Virus record (IMG/VR): IMGVR_UViG_3300025112_000068
Coordinates: 1-36,685 of that record
From: a virus
Lineage: Duplodnaviria > Caudoviricetes
Reading direction: 5' to 3' (one strand)
Length of the DNA: 36,685 nt
Of this stretch, positions 1-9,000 are shown piece by piece. The position numbers and the translations under genes are program-made. Below the pieces are notes generated by a model. It saw nothing but the letters and a program-made list of their open reading frames with translations, had not been told where the DNA came from and made no database searches. Every line of letters starts with the position of its first letter. Position 1 is the first letter of the stretch.

Positions 1-837
1 ATAAAACCAGATTGGATTTATCTTTCCTCTGCGGATTGCGACCTAACTTCTTATTCGGCTACCAAGAAAATCATCAAGGAATTAAAACCAGATGCCATTG
101 TTCATCTGGCCGGAATTGTCGGCGGCATAAAAGAAAATGCCGGCAAACAAGGAGAGTTTTTTTATAAAAATGTATCCATGAATACCAATGTCCTAGAAGC
201 CTCAAGGGAGGCGGGGGTGTCAAGAATTCTTTCTTGTTTGAGCACTTGCGCCTTCCCAGATACGGTTGATAAGTACCCCCTCACAGAGTCAGATATATTT
301 TCAGGACCACCGGCATCTACAAACTTTTCTTACGGGTACGCCAAGAGAATGCTCCATGTTCAGACAATTGCATATAGAAAACAGTATGGATTAAATTACT
401 CTACATTTTGTCCCTCTAATTTATATGGTCCGCACGACTGTTACGATAAAGATCGTTCTCATTTTGTTGCAGCGTTAGTTAGAAAAATGTCTGAAGCAAA
501 AAATGGAGACATTTTAGAATTCTGGGGCACCGGCGCTCCCCTCCGTCAGCAGTTATATGTTAAAGATTTGGCCGAACTCATTCCGGATTTGCTCCTTCGT
601 CACAACTCGTCCAAGCCGCTGTTGGTGACACCCCCCGAAAATATTTCGATAAACGACATGATATTTAAAGCAAAAAATATCACCAACAAGGAAATAAGAA
701 TTACTTATAATAACAATTTAGACGGACAATACAGGAAAGATGGAAGTAATAAAGAATTTCTTAAAATATTTGGGGATTATGATTTTACTTCATTCAAGAA
801 AGGATTCAAGGAAACTTATGACTGGTACAACAAATAG
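1..837 (+). CDS. fcl: GDP-L-fucose synthase (GDP-4-keto-6-deoxymannose epimerase/reductase), 5'-truncated by the window edge
   Basis: Frame 1 is open from base 1 ([16 protein letters not shown]...[10 protein letters not shown]...), so the gene extends upstream of the track's ATG at 178. It has the SDR YxxxK (YGYAKR), SCLSTC with the catalytic Ser/Cys, the SH(F)V catalytic His and WGTGxPLR. It lies next to gmd. Confidence 0.92.
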   Translation: MKPDWIYLSSADCDLTSYSATKKIIKELKPDAIVHLAGIVGGIKENAGKQGEFFYKNVSMNTNVLEASREAGVSRILSCLSTCAFPDTVDKYPLTESDIFSGPPASTNFSYGYAKRMLHVQTIAYRKQYGLNYSTFCPSNLYGPHDCYDKDRSHFVAALVRKMSEAKNGDILEFWGTGAPLRQQLYVKDLAELIPDLLLRHNSSKPLLVTPPENISINDMIFKAKNITNKEIRITYNNNLDGQYRKDGSNKEFLKIFGDYDFTSFKKGFKETYDWYNK

Positions 838-1825
838 CAAAACTGCCCTGATAACTGGAATAACCGGACAAGATGGGTCATATCTTGCGGAGCTTCTGCT
901 TAAAAAAGGTTATCGTGTTATAGGACTAAAGAGAAGAACTTCGATTATAACAACTGATAGAATTGATGGCGTTTTTGAAAACCCTAATTTGATTTTAGAA
1001 TATTACGACCTTAATGATGGTGGAGCAATTTGGAGTCTTCTTACAAAATATAAGCCAGATGAAATATATAATATAGCAGCCCAATCGCATGTCCGGGTTT
1101 CCTTTGATATCCCAGAACATACTGTGGAGGGTATTGTAATGGGAACTTTAAGAATTCTAAATGCTGCTAGGGTTGTTGTCCCGAGCGCAAAAATATATCA
1201 AGCTTCTTCTTCAGAAATGTTTGGTGATAATCCCTCAATACCACAATCGGAAAATACCGCTTTAATGCCAGCGTCGCCCTATGCTTGCGCTAAAGTTTTC
1301 GCTCACAATATATGCCGGAACTATAGAAAATCTTATGGGATGCATATATCAAGTGGAATCTTATTTAATCATGAATCTCCCCGGCGAGGCGAAACATTTG
1401 TTACGAGAAAAATAACCTTGGCCGCAGCCAGAATAAAACTAGGACTTCAAGACACCCTACATCTTGGGAACCTTGATGCTCAAAGAGACTGGGGATTTGC
1501 GGGAGATTATGTAGAACTAATGTGGCTCATGTTACAACAAGAAAATCCTGATGACTATGTTATAGCGACAGGAGAGACCCATTCGGTTAGGGAATTTTTA
1601 GAAGAAGTCTTCAATCATGCTGGTTTAGATATTGATAAACATGTGAAGATAGACAAAAGATTATTCCGACCACATGAGGTTCCCGTATTGCTTGGCGATC
1701 CACAGAAAGCCAAGGAAAAATTGGGATGGAAACCTAAAACAAAATTCAAAGAACTAGCAAAAATTATGTTTGATGCAGATTATCAAACAGTTTTAGATAA
1801 TGAAGTAAAAGGAGAAAAAAAATGA
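818..1825 (+). CDS. gmd: GDP-mannose 4,6-dehydratase
   Basis: Motifs [66 protein letters not shown] and [11 protein letters not shown]. The start is moved from 740 to the ATG at 818, which follows AAGGA and lies just before the Rossmann motif. Confidence 0.97.
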   Translation: MTGTTNSKTALITGITGQDGSYLAELLLKKGYRVIGLKRRTSIITTDRIDGVFENPNLILEYYDLNDGGAIWSLLTKYKPDEIYNIAAQSHVRVSFDIPEHTVEGIVMGTLRILNAARVVVPSAKIYQASSSEMFGDNPSIPQSENTALMPASPYACAKVFAHNICRNYRKSYGMHISSGILFNHESPRRGETFVTRKITLAAARIKLGLQDTLHLGNLDAQRDWGFAGDYVELMWLMLQQENPDDYVIATGETHSVREFLEEVFNHAGLDIDKHVKIDKRLFRPHEVPVLLGDPQKAKEKLGWKPKTKFKELAKIMFDADYQTVLDNEVKGEKK

Positions 1826-2007
1826 AATTATCGAACCAAGCCATCGGGGCACTTTTGATGACTTTACAAAAGTGTTTGGCTGAAGAAACTGATATTACTG
1901 AGTTGCTTGCCGATTGGGATCTACACATAGAAGACGAGGAAATACACGTTACTAATCCGCCAGTTTTCAAGGCCACCCCATCACCGGTAAAATTTGATAT
2001 TGAATAA
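1822..2007 (+). CDS. small acidic hypothetical protein (61 aa)
   Basis: ATGA overlap with the gmd stop, with AAGGAG upstream. No recognisable family. Confidence 0.7.
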   Translation: MKLSNQAIGALLMTLQKCLAEETDITELLADWDLHIEDEEIHVTNPPVFKATPSPVKFDIE

Positions 2008-2012
2008 TCACA

Positions 2013-2270
2013 ATGGGTAGATATACTTATGAATGTAGTTCCTGTGGTCATTTATTTGAAGAACGTCACTCATATAAAATATGCTTGGAAAATTGTCCAG
2101 AGTGTAAAAAAGAGAAGTCTCTAAGGAAGATTATGTGTATTCCAGTTAGCATCAGAAGAGGCAGAACTTTTAAAAAAAAGTCTGGGAAACTTGTAAACTC
2201 CACCATAAAAGAGATAAAACAAGAACTACAAGCAGAAAAAAACAATTTAAAGAATAGGAAAAAGAAATGA
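2013..2270 (+). CDS. FmdB-family (CxxC_CxxC) zinc-ribbon protein
   Basis: YTYECSSCGHLFE...CPECK...LRKIM matches the FmdB zinc-ribbon pattern, followed by a basic helical C-terminus. Confidence 0.82.
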   Translation: MGRYTYECSSCGHLFEERHSYKICLENCPECKKEKSLRKIMCIPVSIRRGRTFKKKSGKLVNSTIKEIKQELQAEKNNLKNRKKK

Positions 2271-2572
2271 TTAGTTGGAGTCTCTTCGTTGTTAGCGCAA
2301 TTTTAAACGTCTTCGCTGTTTGGTATATAAGGGAATTACTTTCTCAATTCAAATATCTCGACGATCAGTTTTTGCATTTGAGCCAAATCTTGAAAAATTA
2401 TAGAAACCACTTAAGTACAGTATACGAACTGGATGTGTTTTATGGAGATGAAACCCTTGGAGGACTCATGCAGCACACCAAGGATATTGACTCTGAAATT
2501 GATGAGTTTAAACAAATCTTCCCATTCGAAGATAGTATTTTGGAAGAGGAGGAAGATGTTGAGCAAGAATAA
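2267..2572 (+). CDS. hypothetical membrane-anchored protein (N-terminal TM helix, acidic tail)
   Basis: ATGA coupling to the upstream gene. Hydrophobic N-terminus (ISWSLFVVSAILNVFAVWYI) and an acidic C-terminus (LEEEEDVEQE). Confidence 0.7.
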   Translation: MISWSLFVVSAILNVFAVWYIRELLSQFKYLDDQFLHLSQILKNYRNHLSTVYELDVFYGDETLGGLMQHTKDIDSEIDEFKQIFPFEDSILEEEEDVEQE

Positions 2573-3251
2573 AAAATCAAATAAGAAATATTATTTTACA
2601 GAAGAAACCGAGAAGGCAATTCTCGGATATTGCGCCACTGAAGACTTATCTACTAGAACCCAATTGTATATTGAACAAATACAACCCGCATTCAATGATT
2701 TGGTTGATAAAATTGTTTATACCTATAAATTTACCTCTTTACATAATATTGATGTTCATAAAGATGATTGCAAAATATGGCTAACCACCATACTCGGAAA
2801 ATTCAACCCCGACAAGGGAGCAAAAGCTTTCTCGTACTTTTCAGTTGTGACTAAAAATTGGTTCACCCATAAGGCTAAAAAACAAAGTTTGAAAAGCCGA
2901 AGAGAAATACAATACGATTCCATGATAAAAGAGGTCGAGGTCACCAAAGCCGAGAATATAAAAACTATACTAGAAGAAAGGGAAGAAAGGGAATATTGGC
3001 AGTTCCTCTTAAAGGAGATTTCCGACTGGCAAAGCTTAAATCTTAAAGATAATGAAAAAAAAGTTTTAGATGCCGTTTTAATGCTTATGAACAACATTGA
3101 GCAAATAGAAATTTTTAATAAAAAAGCCATCTACTTGTATATGAGAGAAATAACAGGGCTTAATACAAAACAAATTGTTAGTTGTCTTAAGAAGATGAGG
3201 GAAAAATATGCCATATTCAAATCAAAATGGGACAGAGGAGAAATAAACTAG
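2556..3251 (+). CDS. phage late-transcription sigma factor-like protein (T4 gp55-like)
   Basis: N-terminal KYYFT, then KIVYTYKF and GKFNPDKGAKAFSYFSVVTKNWF, resembling the sigma region-2 FxPxK..xFxYFT segment of gp55-like proteins. The C-terminus is HTH-like (IYLYMREITGLNTKQIV). The start is moved to the ATG at 2556, which follows GAGGAGG. Confidence 0.65.
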   Translation: MLSKNKKSNKKYYFTEETEKAILGYCATEDLSTRTQLYIEQIQPAFNDLVDKIVYTYKFTSLHNIDVHKDDCKIWLTTILGKFNPDKGAKAFSYFSVVTKNWFTHKAKKQSLKSRREIQYDSMIKEVEVTKAENIKTILEEREEREYWQFLLKEISDWQSLNLKDNEKKVLDAVLMLMNNIEQIEIFNKKAIYLYMREITGLNTKQIVSCLKKMREKYAIFKSKWDRGEIN

Positions 3252-3255
3252 GAAC

Positions 3256-3265
3256 CTACTTATTA
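3256..3265 (+). promoter_or_regulatory. putative phage late promoter element CTACTTATTA
   Basis: Intergenic, upstream of AGGAGG and ATG 3283. Similar motifs occur at 12142, 26930 and 35874. Confidence 0.45.
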
Positions 3266-3282
3266 TACCCAGGAGGTATAAT

Positions 3283-3585
3283 ATGAAAAAAGACCTAAAC
3301 TCCCTCATAGATCAGGCGCTAGAAAATATAAACAATGACCGCCAAGAAACTGAAATTTTATTGGCAGAATTGAAGGAGTATATGAGTGTGTCTAGGGAAA
3401 GGTACGCTGACTCCGGCACAACCGCCGCAAAGTTTGTGGAAACTTTACAGCGCAGCAATGAACAATTAGTCAAGCTGGCTGCCCTTATGTATAAGAAGGA
3501 ATCCGTCAAGGATGACCTTTCTTTATCCGAAGATGATAAAAGTCAGTTATTCGACCTGATCAACGAGGACAAAAACAGTGGGTAA
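3283..3585 (+). CDS. hypothetical helical/coiled-coil protein (100 aa)
   Basis: Strong AGGAGG RBS at 3271-3276 and an amphipathic helical pattern (LQRSNEQLVKLA). No function recognised. Confidence 0.8.
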   Translation: MKKDLNSLIDQALENINNDRQETEILLAELKEYMSVSRERYADSGTTAAKFVETLQRSNEQLVKLAALMYKKESVKDDLSLSEDDKSQLFDLINEDKNSG

Positions 3586-5080
3586 CAAACCAAACCTAGA
3601 CGAATACATCAATGGGCTACGGCCTAATCGAAAAAGCGTCCGCCTCAAGGCAGGTTATAATTCTGCCAAATCAGGGCTGTTTGATAATTTACAGCTTTCG
3701 GCGATGAAACAATATGAAACAGAAACATACGAAGGTAAAACAGAATTTTTTGCCACAGTCCTTAGAGTAAAATTTAATAAAGGGTCCACCACAGGTCCAC
3801 AGGTTTCCGTAAGGGCTAGAATCCCAGAGGTTCATTCTCATTTGCCGATGCCGAAGGGTTCCGGAGATAATAAAATTATAGACATGTACCCAGAGTTTAC
3901 CGCCGAGAAACAGGCTAATTTTGTTGGGCTGGCCGCCGGTCAAGTGGTTCGTGTTACTCATCTGGACAGATATCAGACGTCTTTGAGATATAACAATGGA
4001 AGACTGTTGGAAATGGTTGGTGGCAACACTGTGGTTAGCGGTTTTTCAACGACAGAAAACAAAACTCTTAATGCCTCGACAACCCGAACAAAGTATGAGA
4101 GGCTTAGTTCTGTTACTTGTGCTCCTGGGACTACTTCAGCCAAACCCCAATCCGGCGCAAGTCTAGCTAATTCAAAAAATCTAGAAAAAAAGATATCTGA
4201 GAAAAACCCTAGAACCATTAATAGGTCCTCTGATAGTAGTAATATTTCGGATGGAGCTTATTCTCCCGCTGGCTGCCCCGAAGGCACAGAAACCGTTTCG
4301 CCACCCGCACCTCCATTGTCTGACCCGTCAGAGGGACCTGCTGGCGTCAACGCTGCTACCCAGGCTTCCGGCTTGGGCGCTGGACCGGGGACGGGCGCTG
4401 AAGGCAACGTACCAAATTCTCTTGTGTGTTCTAAGGTTTATACCGTTAAGCAAACTATTATAGAGATCCCGCCTCCGGTTACGCAGCCTTTTTCTGGCGA
4501 ACAAAAAATAGCAAAAACTTGGAGTAAACATAATGATAAAAAAATTATGACCCTTCATCCCAAAATGCGCCCACTGGCAGCATATTTTATAAACACGGCA
4601 GAAAAGGCAGGATATAAACTGCGCATTACATCAACTTACCGTTCAATAGCACATCAGGCAAAATTAAGAAGACCCAGGCTTAAAGACCCCAACGGACCTA
4701 TAAATGGACCACTGAAAAAAGGTGTGCCGGCATGCGCCGTGCCTGGTTCAAGTCCACACAACTTTGGTCTTGGTCTGGATGTTTGTGAAACCCCGTCGCC
4801 TGCAACAGGAAATAAGTGGGGACAAATGTCGTGCAAAAACGGATACCCAAAAGAAAGATGGTACGAAATAGGAAAGATAGGATTAAAGTGCGGATTTGAA
4901 AAATGGGGAGGAAATTTTCGGGGTTGGGACCCCGTACATTTTCAGTGCATGTATGGACAGACAACATACAAATTAAAGAAAAAAGTCGAAAAAGGACAAA
5001 TCGTACTGCCCGACCCATCGCTATCCGGGCAAAAGCAACTCGAAGAACTGGCCAGAGGCATATATCCTATTATCAAATAA
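3578..5080 (+). CDS. baseplate hub/gp5-like protein with C-terminal M15 (L-Ala-D-Glu type) zinc peptidase
   Basis: GTG start after GAGGA. The N-terminus is beta-rich and OB-like (VSVRARIPEVH...GQVVRV), followed by a Pro/Gly/Ser linker. The C-terminus has LHP..., ITSTYRSIAHQ, SPHNFGLGLD (SxHxxGxxxD) and WGGNF..WDPVHFQ. The peptidase call is strong; the gp5/OB call rests on context. Confidence 0.78.
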   Translation: MGNKPNLDEYINGLRPNRKSVRLKAGYNSAKSGLFDNLQLSAMKQYETETYEGKTEFFATVLRVKFNKGSTTGPQVSVRARIPEVHSHLPMPKGSGDNKIIDMYPEFTAEKQANFVGLAAGQVVRVTHLDRYQTSLRYNNGRLLEMVGGNTVVSGFSTTENKTLNASTTRTKYERLSSVTCAPGTTSAKPQSGASLANSKNLEKKISEKNPRTINRSSDSSNISDGAYSPAGCPEGTETVSPPAPPLSDPSEGPAGVNAATQASGLGAGPGTGAEGNVPNSLVCSKVYTVKQTIIEIPPPVTQPFSGEQKIAKTWSKHNDKKIMTLHPKMRPLAAYFINTAEKAGYKLRITSTYRSIAHQAKLRRPRLKDPNGPINGPLKKGVPACAVPGSSPHNFGLGLDVCETPSPATGNKWGQMSCKNGYPKERWYEIGKIGLKCGFEKWGGNFRGWDPVHFQCMYGQTTYKLKKKVEKGQIVLPDPSLSGQKQLEELARGIYPIIK

Positions 5081-5083
5081 ATT

Positions 5084-6013
5084 ATGGTTAAAATAAGAGC
5101 AGACATAAAAGACGGCATTTCTAACGAAGTTAAAAAAAGAATAGCAGAGATAGCCGAGTATAATAAACTAAATCTCGGTGTCGCCAATGATACTATACCC
5201 GAAGCACATCCGAGATACAATGCTACCCCGTCTGAAAAAATATTTGAGGGCATCAACAACCAGTACATTATCATGGGTCGAGATCGCCCTAGGGGTATTT
5301 TTTCCGGTTATGGGGGTAAAGGAAACAGCCACTGTGGGTCAATAGACATTGTAGCCGGAATGAGCGGCATGATGGCCAGGGTCGTAGATAAGCGTGGTAA
5401 TCTTGTGTCAACGGATAAAAGTCCCGAACTTGATGCAGCCAGGATTTATGTAAGCCAAAGAACCGAGATAGATAAAAACTTTAATTTACCCGCCGGCATG
5501 GTGGGATCACCCACACCAAGATCGGGGATAGCAATAAAAGCTGACGGCGTCAGAATAATAGCCAGGGATGGGATAAAATTAGTCACGGGCACTGATGAAT
5601 ACAATTCCCAAGGAGTTAAATTAGATGCTATTTCTGGGATTGACTTAATAGCCGGCGGTATCGACGAAGATATGCAGCCGTTGGTAAAAGGGAATAATCT
5701 TGAAATAGCCCTTAGAGAAATAATAGAATTAGTGAACGATCTTAATGGAATAGTTTTATCGATGCAAAAGAACTATTTTCAACTCTTAATATCTTTGCAA
5801 GCTCATACACATATCTCTCCCCCTGGTGTAACCGGCGGACCTTGCTCGCCGGCCCCGCTCTTAGCCGGGCAAATTATAAATCAATATTATAAACTCGCTA
5901 GTTCCGTGGGCGATTTGTTAACTCACCAAACAAACTCTGTGAAAGCTTCTATAACTTACACTTACCCCTTTGGAGATGGTTATATCAACAGCATTTATAA
6001 CCACACAAACTAG
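5084..6013 (+). CDS. putative baseplate central spike-like protein
   Basis: Short alternating beta-strand segments (GIAIKADGVRIIARDGIKLVTG), then QPLVKGNNL plus a helix, then an HxH motif (AHTHIS, ~5804-5812) like the metal-binding apex of contractile-tail spikes. It follows the gp5-like gene. Confidence 0.5.
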   Translation: MVKIRADIKDGISNEVKKRIAEIAEYNKLNLGVANDTIPEAHPRYNATPSEKIFEGINNQYIIMGRDRPRGIFSGYGGKGNSHCGSIDIVAGMSGMMARVVDKRGNLVSTDKSPELDAARIYVSQRTEIDKNFNLPAGMVGSPTPRSGIAIKADGVRIIARDGIKLVTGTDEYNSQGVKLDAISGIDLIAGGIDEDMQPLVKGNNLEIALREIIELVNDLNGIVLSMQKNYFQLLISLQAHTHISPPGVTGGPCSPAPLLAGQIINQYYKLASSVGDLLTHQTNSVKASITYTYPFGDGYINSIYNHTN

Positions 6014-6021
6014 GAGGCGGC

Positions 6022-9000
6022 ATGATACCAGTATCTTTTGTAGCTCCGCCCATCTTAGAAAGACAAAAAAATATTGTCAACCCAAGTCCTGAAAGGTTTA
6101 CCACTAATGAGCGGTGGGGATTGAATTATTCTTACAATCAGTCCAGGAATAAATTTGTGCAGCAAGCAATTCACCACCTGTATATCAACTACTCTATGTT
6201 TCCTCCCATTGGTGCCAATCTCACGCCGGTTGGACCAGTTCTTGAGGACGAAAAAACTATAACACTTACTGACGCTAGGGCATATGCCGCAGCTTATCCC
6301 CAAAACGCTTATGTGGCTAAAGACCCAACTCAGCCTTCTGGTACATTTGAAATTAGAAAAACAAGTGATTATGAAGCGTGGGTCGAACTAGACGTTATCT
6401 CAAGAATACCTTTGGTAACTCCTCTTTTAACAATAACCACAGAAGAGTCCCAAAAACCAGAATTTCAAACAGGGTTGACAGATCCTGATGTGCCACCTGG
6501 GCCTACTGCCGTGGCGCAACTGCCCTCTTTTAATCTGCCGCTCCCTTCTCCGAGAATAAGAGATATTGAAACTTCTCTAAGAAGTGTCATGGGGAGTTCA
6601 AATGTTAGCCCGATACAAAGACCGGAAGAATTAGAAGACATACTAGTATTCAAACAGCCCCGTGATGTAGATTTTTCGGATTGGACTCAGAATGTAACAG
6701 CAGAAAAACCAGCAGCAGTACTTTATAATAATCCCACCGATGAGCACTTTTATTATGTCGAAAGAATTTCCGAGAAAAACCCTAGCACTTATGACATAGG
6801 CACAGAATCTGGACAAGCGGCACTAGAAGCATTTAAAACAAAAGCAATTACAGAAATAGCAAAGTTTACGCACAAAGACGACTTCAGCCTTTCGGCTGAA
6901 GATATAGGTAGCGTAGTGGTTGACTCTACATATGGTCCCCCTGATAGACCAAATCCGCCGCCCAATTCAACCACATGGAGATTGGTTGGGCGAGTTTCCG
7001 ACAAGACGGTTAAAGATCTTGCATCAAACAGTAGTGCTGGGAGAAATATCCCCCACGTCTCAGCGGCCTTCAAAGAATTCTCTGAGTGGGCAGAAATAAC
7101 TAGAAAAACTTCCGTCCAAATGGGAACTCTTAAAAACACTCTTAAGAGGACGGAAAAAGCACTAGTGCGATATTCCGAGACATTATCGGAAGAAGGTGTC
7201 ACCCCAAGTATGCTGGGGGGCTTAAATATTGAACGAGAATCTGTGAAGGTTTCTTCTTTCTTCTCTGTCTTCGATGACTTTTTGGCTGCCAATAATATAG
7301 ACCCAAAACCCGCCGACCTTGTTGAATTTTCTTTTACAGAAGATTTTAGATTACGCTGTATAATTTATAACGGAGATATTAAACTTAAAGGATTAGGAGT
7401 CTCCCTTTCCCAACAAGGCGACGTACCGAGTGTAATCTACTCCCCTTCTGAATCTACCCTCAACGACGTAAGTCCCACTACTTTTGGATACATATTTTAT
7501 TCTCGTGATATTATAGACGCTGTTGAAAATTCAAAAGACCCAATGCCATGGTCTGAATTTGTACCAAAGTTTACGTTTCCAAATCCTTGTGTGAAGCCAA
7601 CTGAAATACAAAATAGAATAGCAGAAAACAAGAAAAAGAAAAAAGACCCCTCATATAAAGAAAAACTCTTTAACACAGAATCGGATATTCAAAAAAGCGC
7701 ATTAGCCAGGCTTGGAATTACAGAAAAGGATCTTTACAATTCCGTTACTTCTGCTCTTGGTGAATGCGACACGGCCCAAGCTGGACTCTTCAAAGATGCT
7801 ATGTTGGTTTATAGCACCATATATGGCAAAACAAGCCCTAAAAAATTAGCAATGCGAGCAGCAACAGTTTTGCGGGACGAACTTCTGGGCCGCCAGCTTG
7901 TATCAAAAGAATTCGCCGCCGATGCAGAACAGGCAGCAATTTATGCTGCCCGCCCAGACGTTCTTCTCCGAGACGTAGAGACAGAAGTTAATCAAATGTT
8001 GTATTGTTTATTTGGCGCTCTTGGCGAAGCCGTGACAGACCAAATATTGAAGCCCATGGGCAAGAGCCCCACAGTCAGAAACTTAGTAAGAGATATGTCA
8101 AGACCTCCTAAGCCCCCCCTTAAGCTTAAGAAAGGGCATACGACAGATTTCTTCAAAGCATGGCGCAAACAAGTACAAAAATTGTTGATTCAATTTATTA
8201 AACAACTTATATTGTCTATTTTTAAAGATATGTTGAAAGCCGCCCTGGGCTGCGGACCAGAAGACGATGATGAGTCTTCCACAAAAAAACTTCGCAGTTC
8301 ATATGGGGTTATTCAGATTAATGATCTTGTAGACCGCAAAGGGGGTATTGATCTAGTAAAGTTGGCTACAGAAAATGGAATACTTGACAGAAAAAGAAAG
8401 AGGGGGTCAAATTCTCTTATAACATATCCGCCGTCAAAAGAAAAGATAAGGCAGTTTAATAAAGATACATCAGATATTTTAATGAGCCAAGAAACGGTGG
8501 CACTCTTAGATGGGCAATCAACTGTACGCACACGAGCAATTATTGAGGCTGTGGTTTATGGCACCAACGAAGACAAAGAGAACGCCCCCTTCACCGCCCT
8601 GCAACGAGAAAATTCTCTGACAGCAGAAGATCCAAAATATGCGACCCTTACAATAAATAAAGAATCTATGGCTGGATATTTTGCGGCGTTGGGACTATTG
8701 CTCGGTCGGTGGCCTCACGAAATGTTAGAAGACCTATCAGCGTCGGATGAATATTGTGATGACGAATATTATAGGCCAATCTCTGATTTTGGAGGAGTGA
8801 GCAACGCACAGGCGCAAGCCCAAATACAGCAACAAATAGATGCAATATTGGCAAAAACTGATCAGATATGTGGAATATTATCTTTCGATTTTAATTTCGG
8901 CTTGGATATGAAGAAATTTGAAGGACTTTTAGATCCTCCTCAATTTTATACTGATATGCTGAAGGCAATTGCCGCCGCCAGCAATGCCGCAAGAGATGCA

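Noticed and set aside
740-817. Longer N-termini given by the ORF track for gmd (740), the sigma-like gene (2433) and the gp25-like gene (11675)
   Set aside because: These extensions overlap upstream genes extensively. Downstream ATGs (818, 2556, 11744) have SD sites and coincide with the start of family similarity.
1-1825. Bacterial O-antigen or capsule cluster
   Set aside because: No flippase, polymerase or other envelope genes follow. The genes run directly into a phage-type sigma and baseplate genes.
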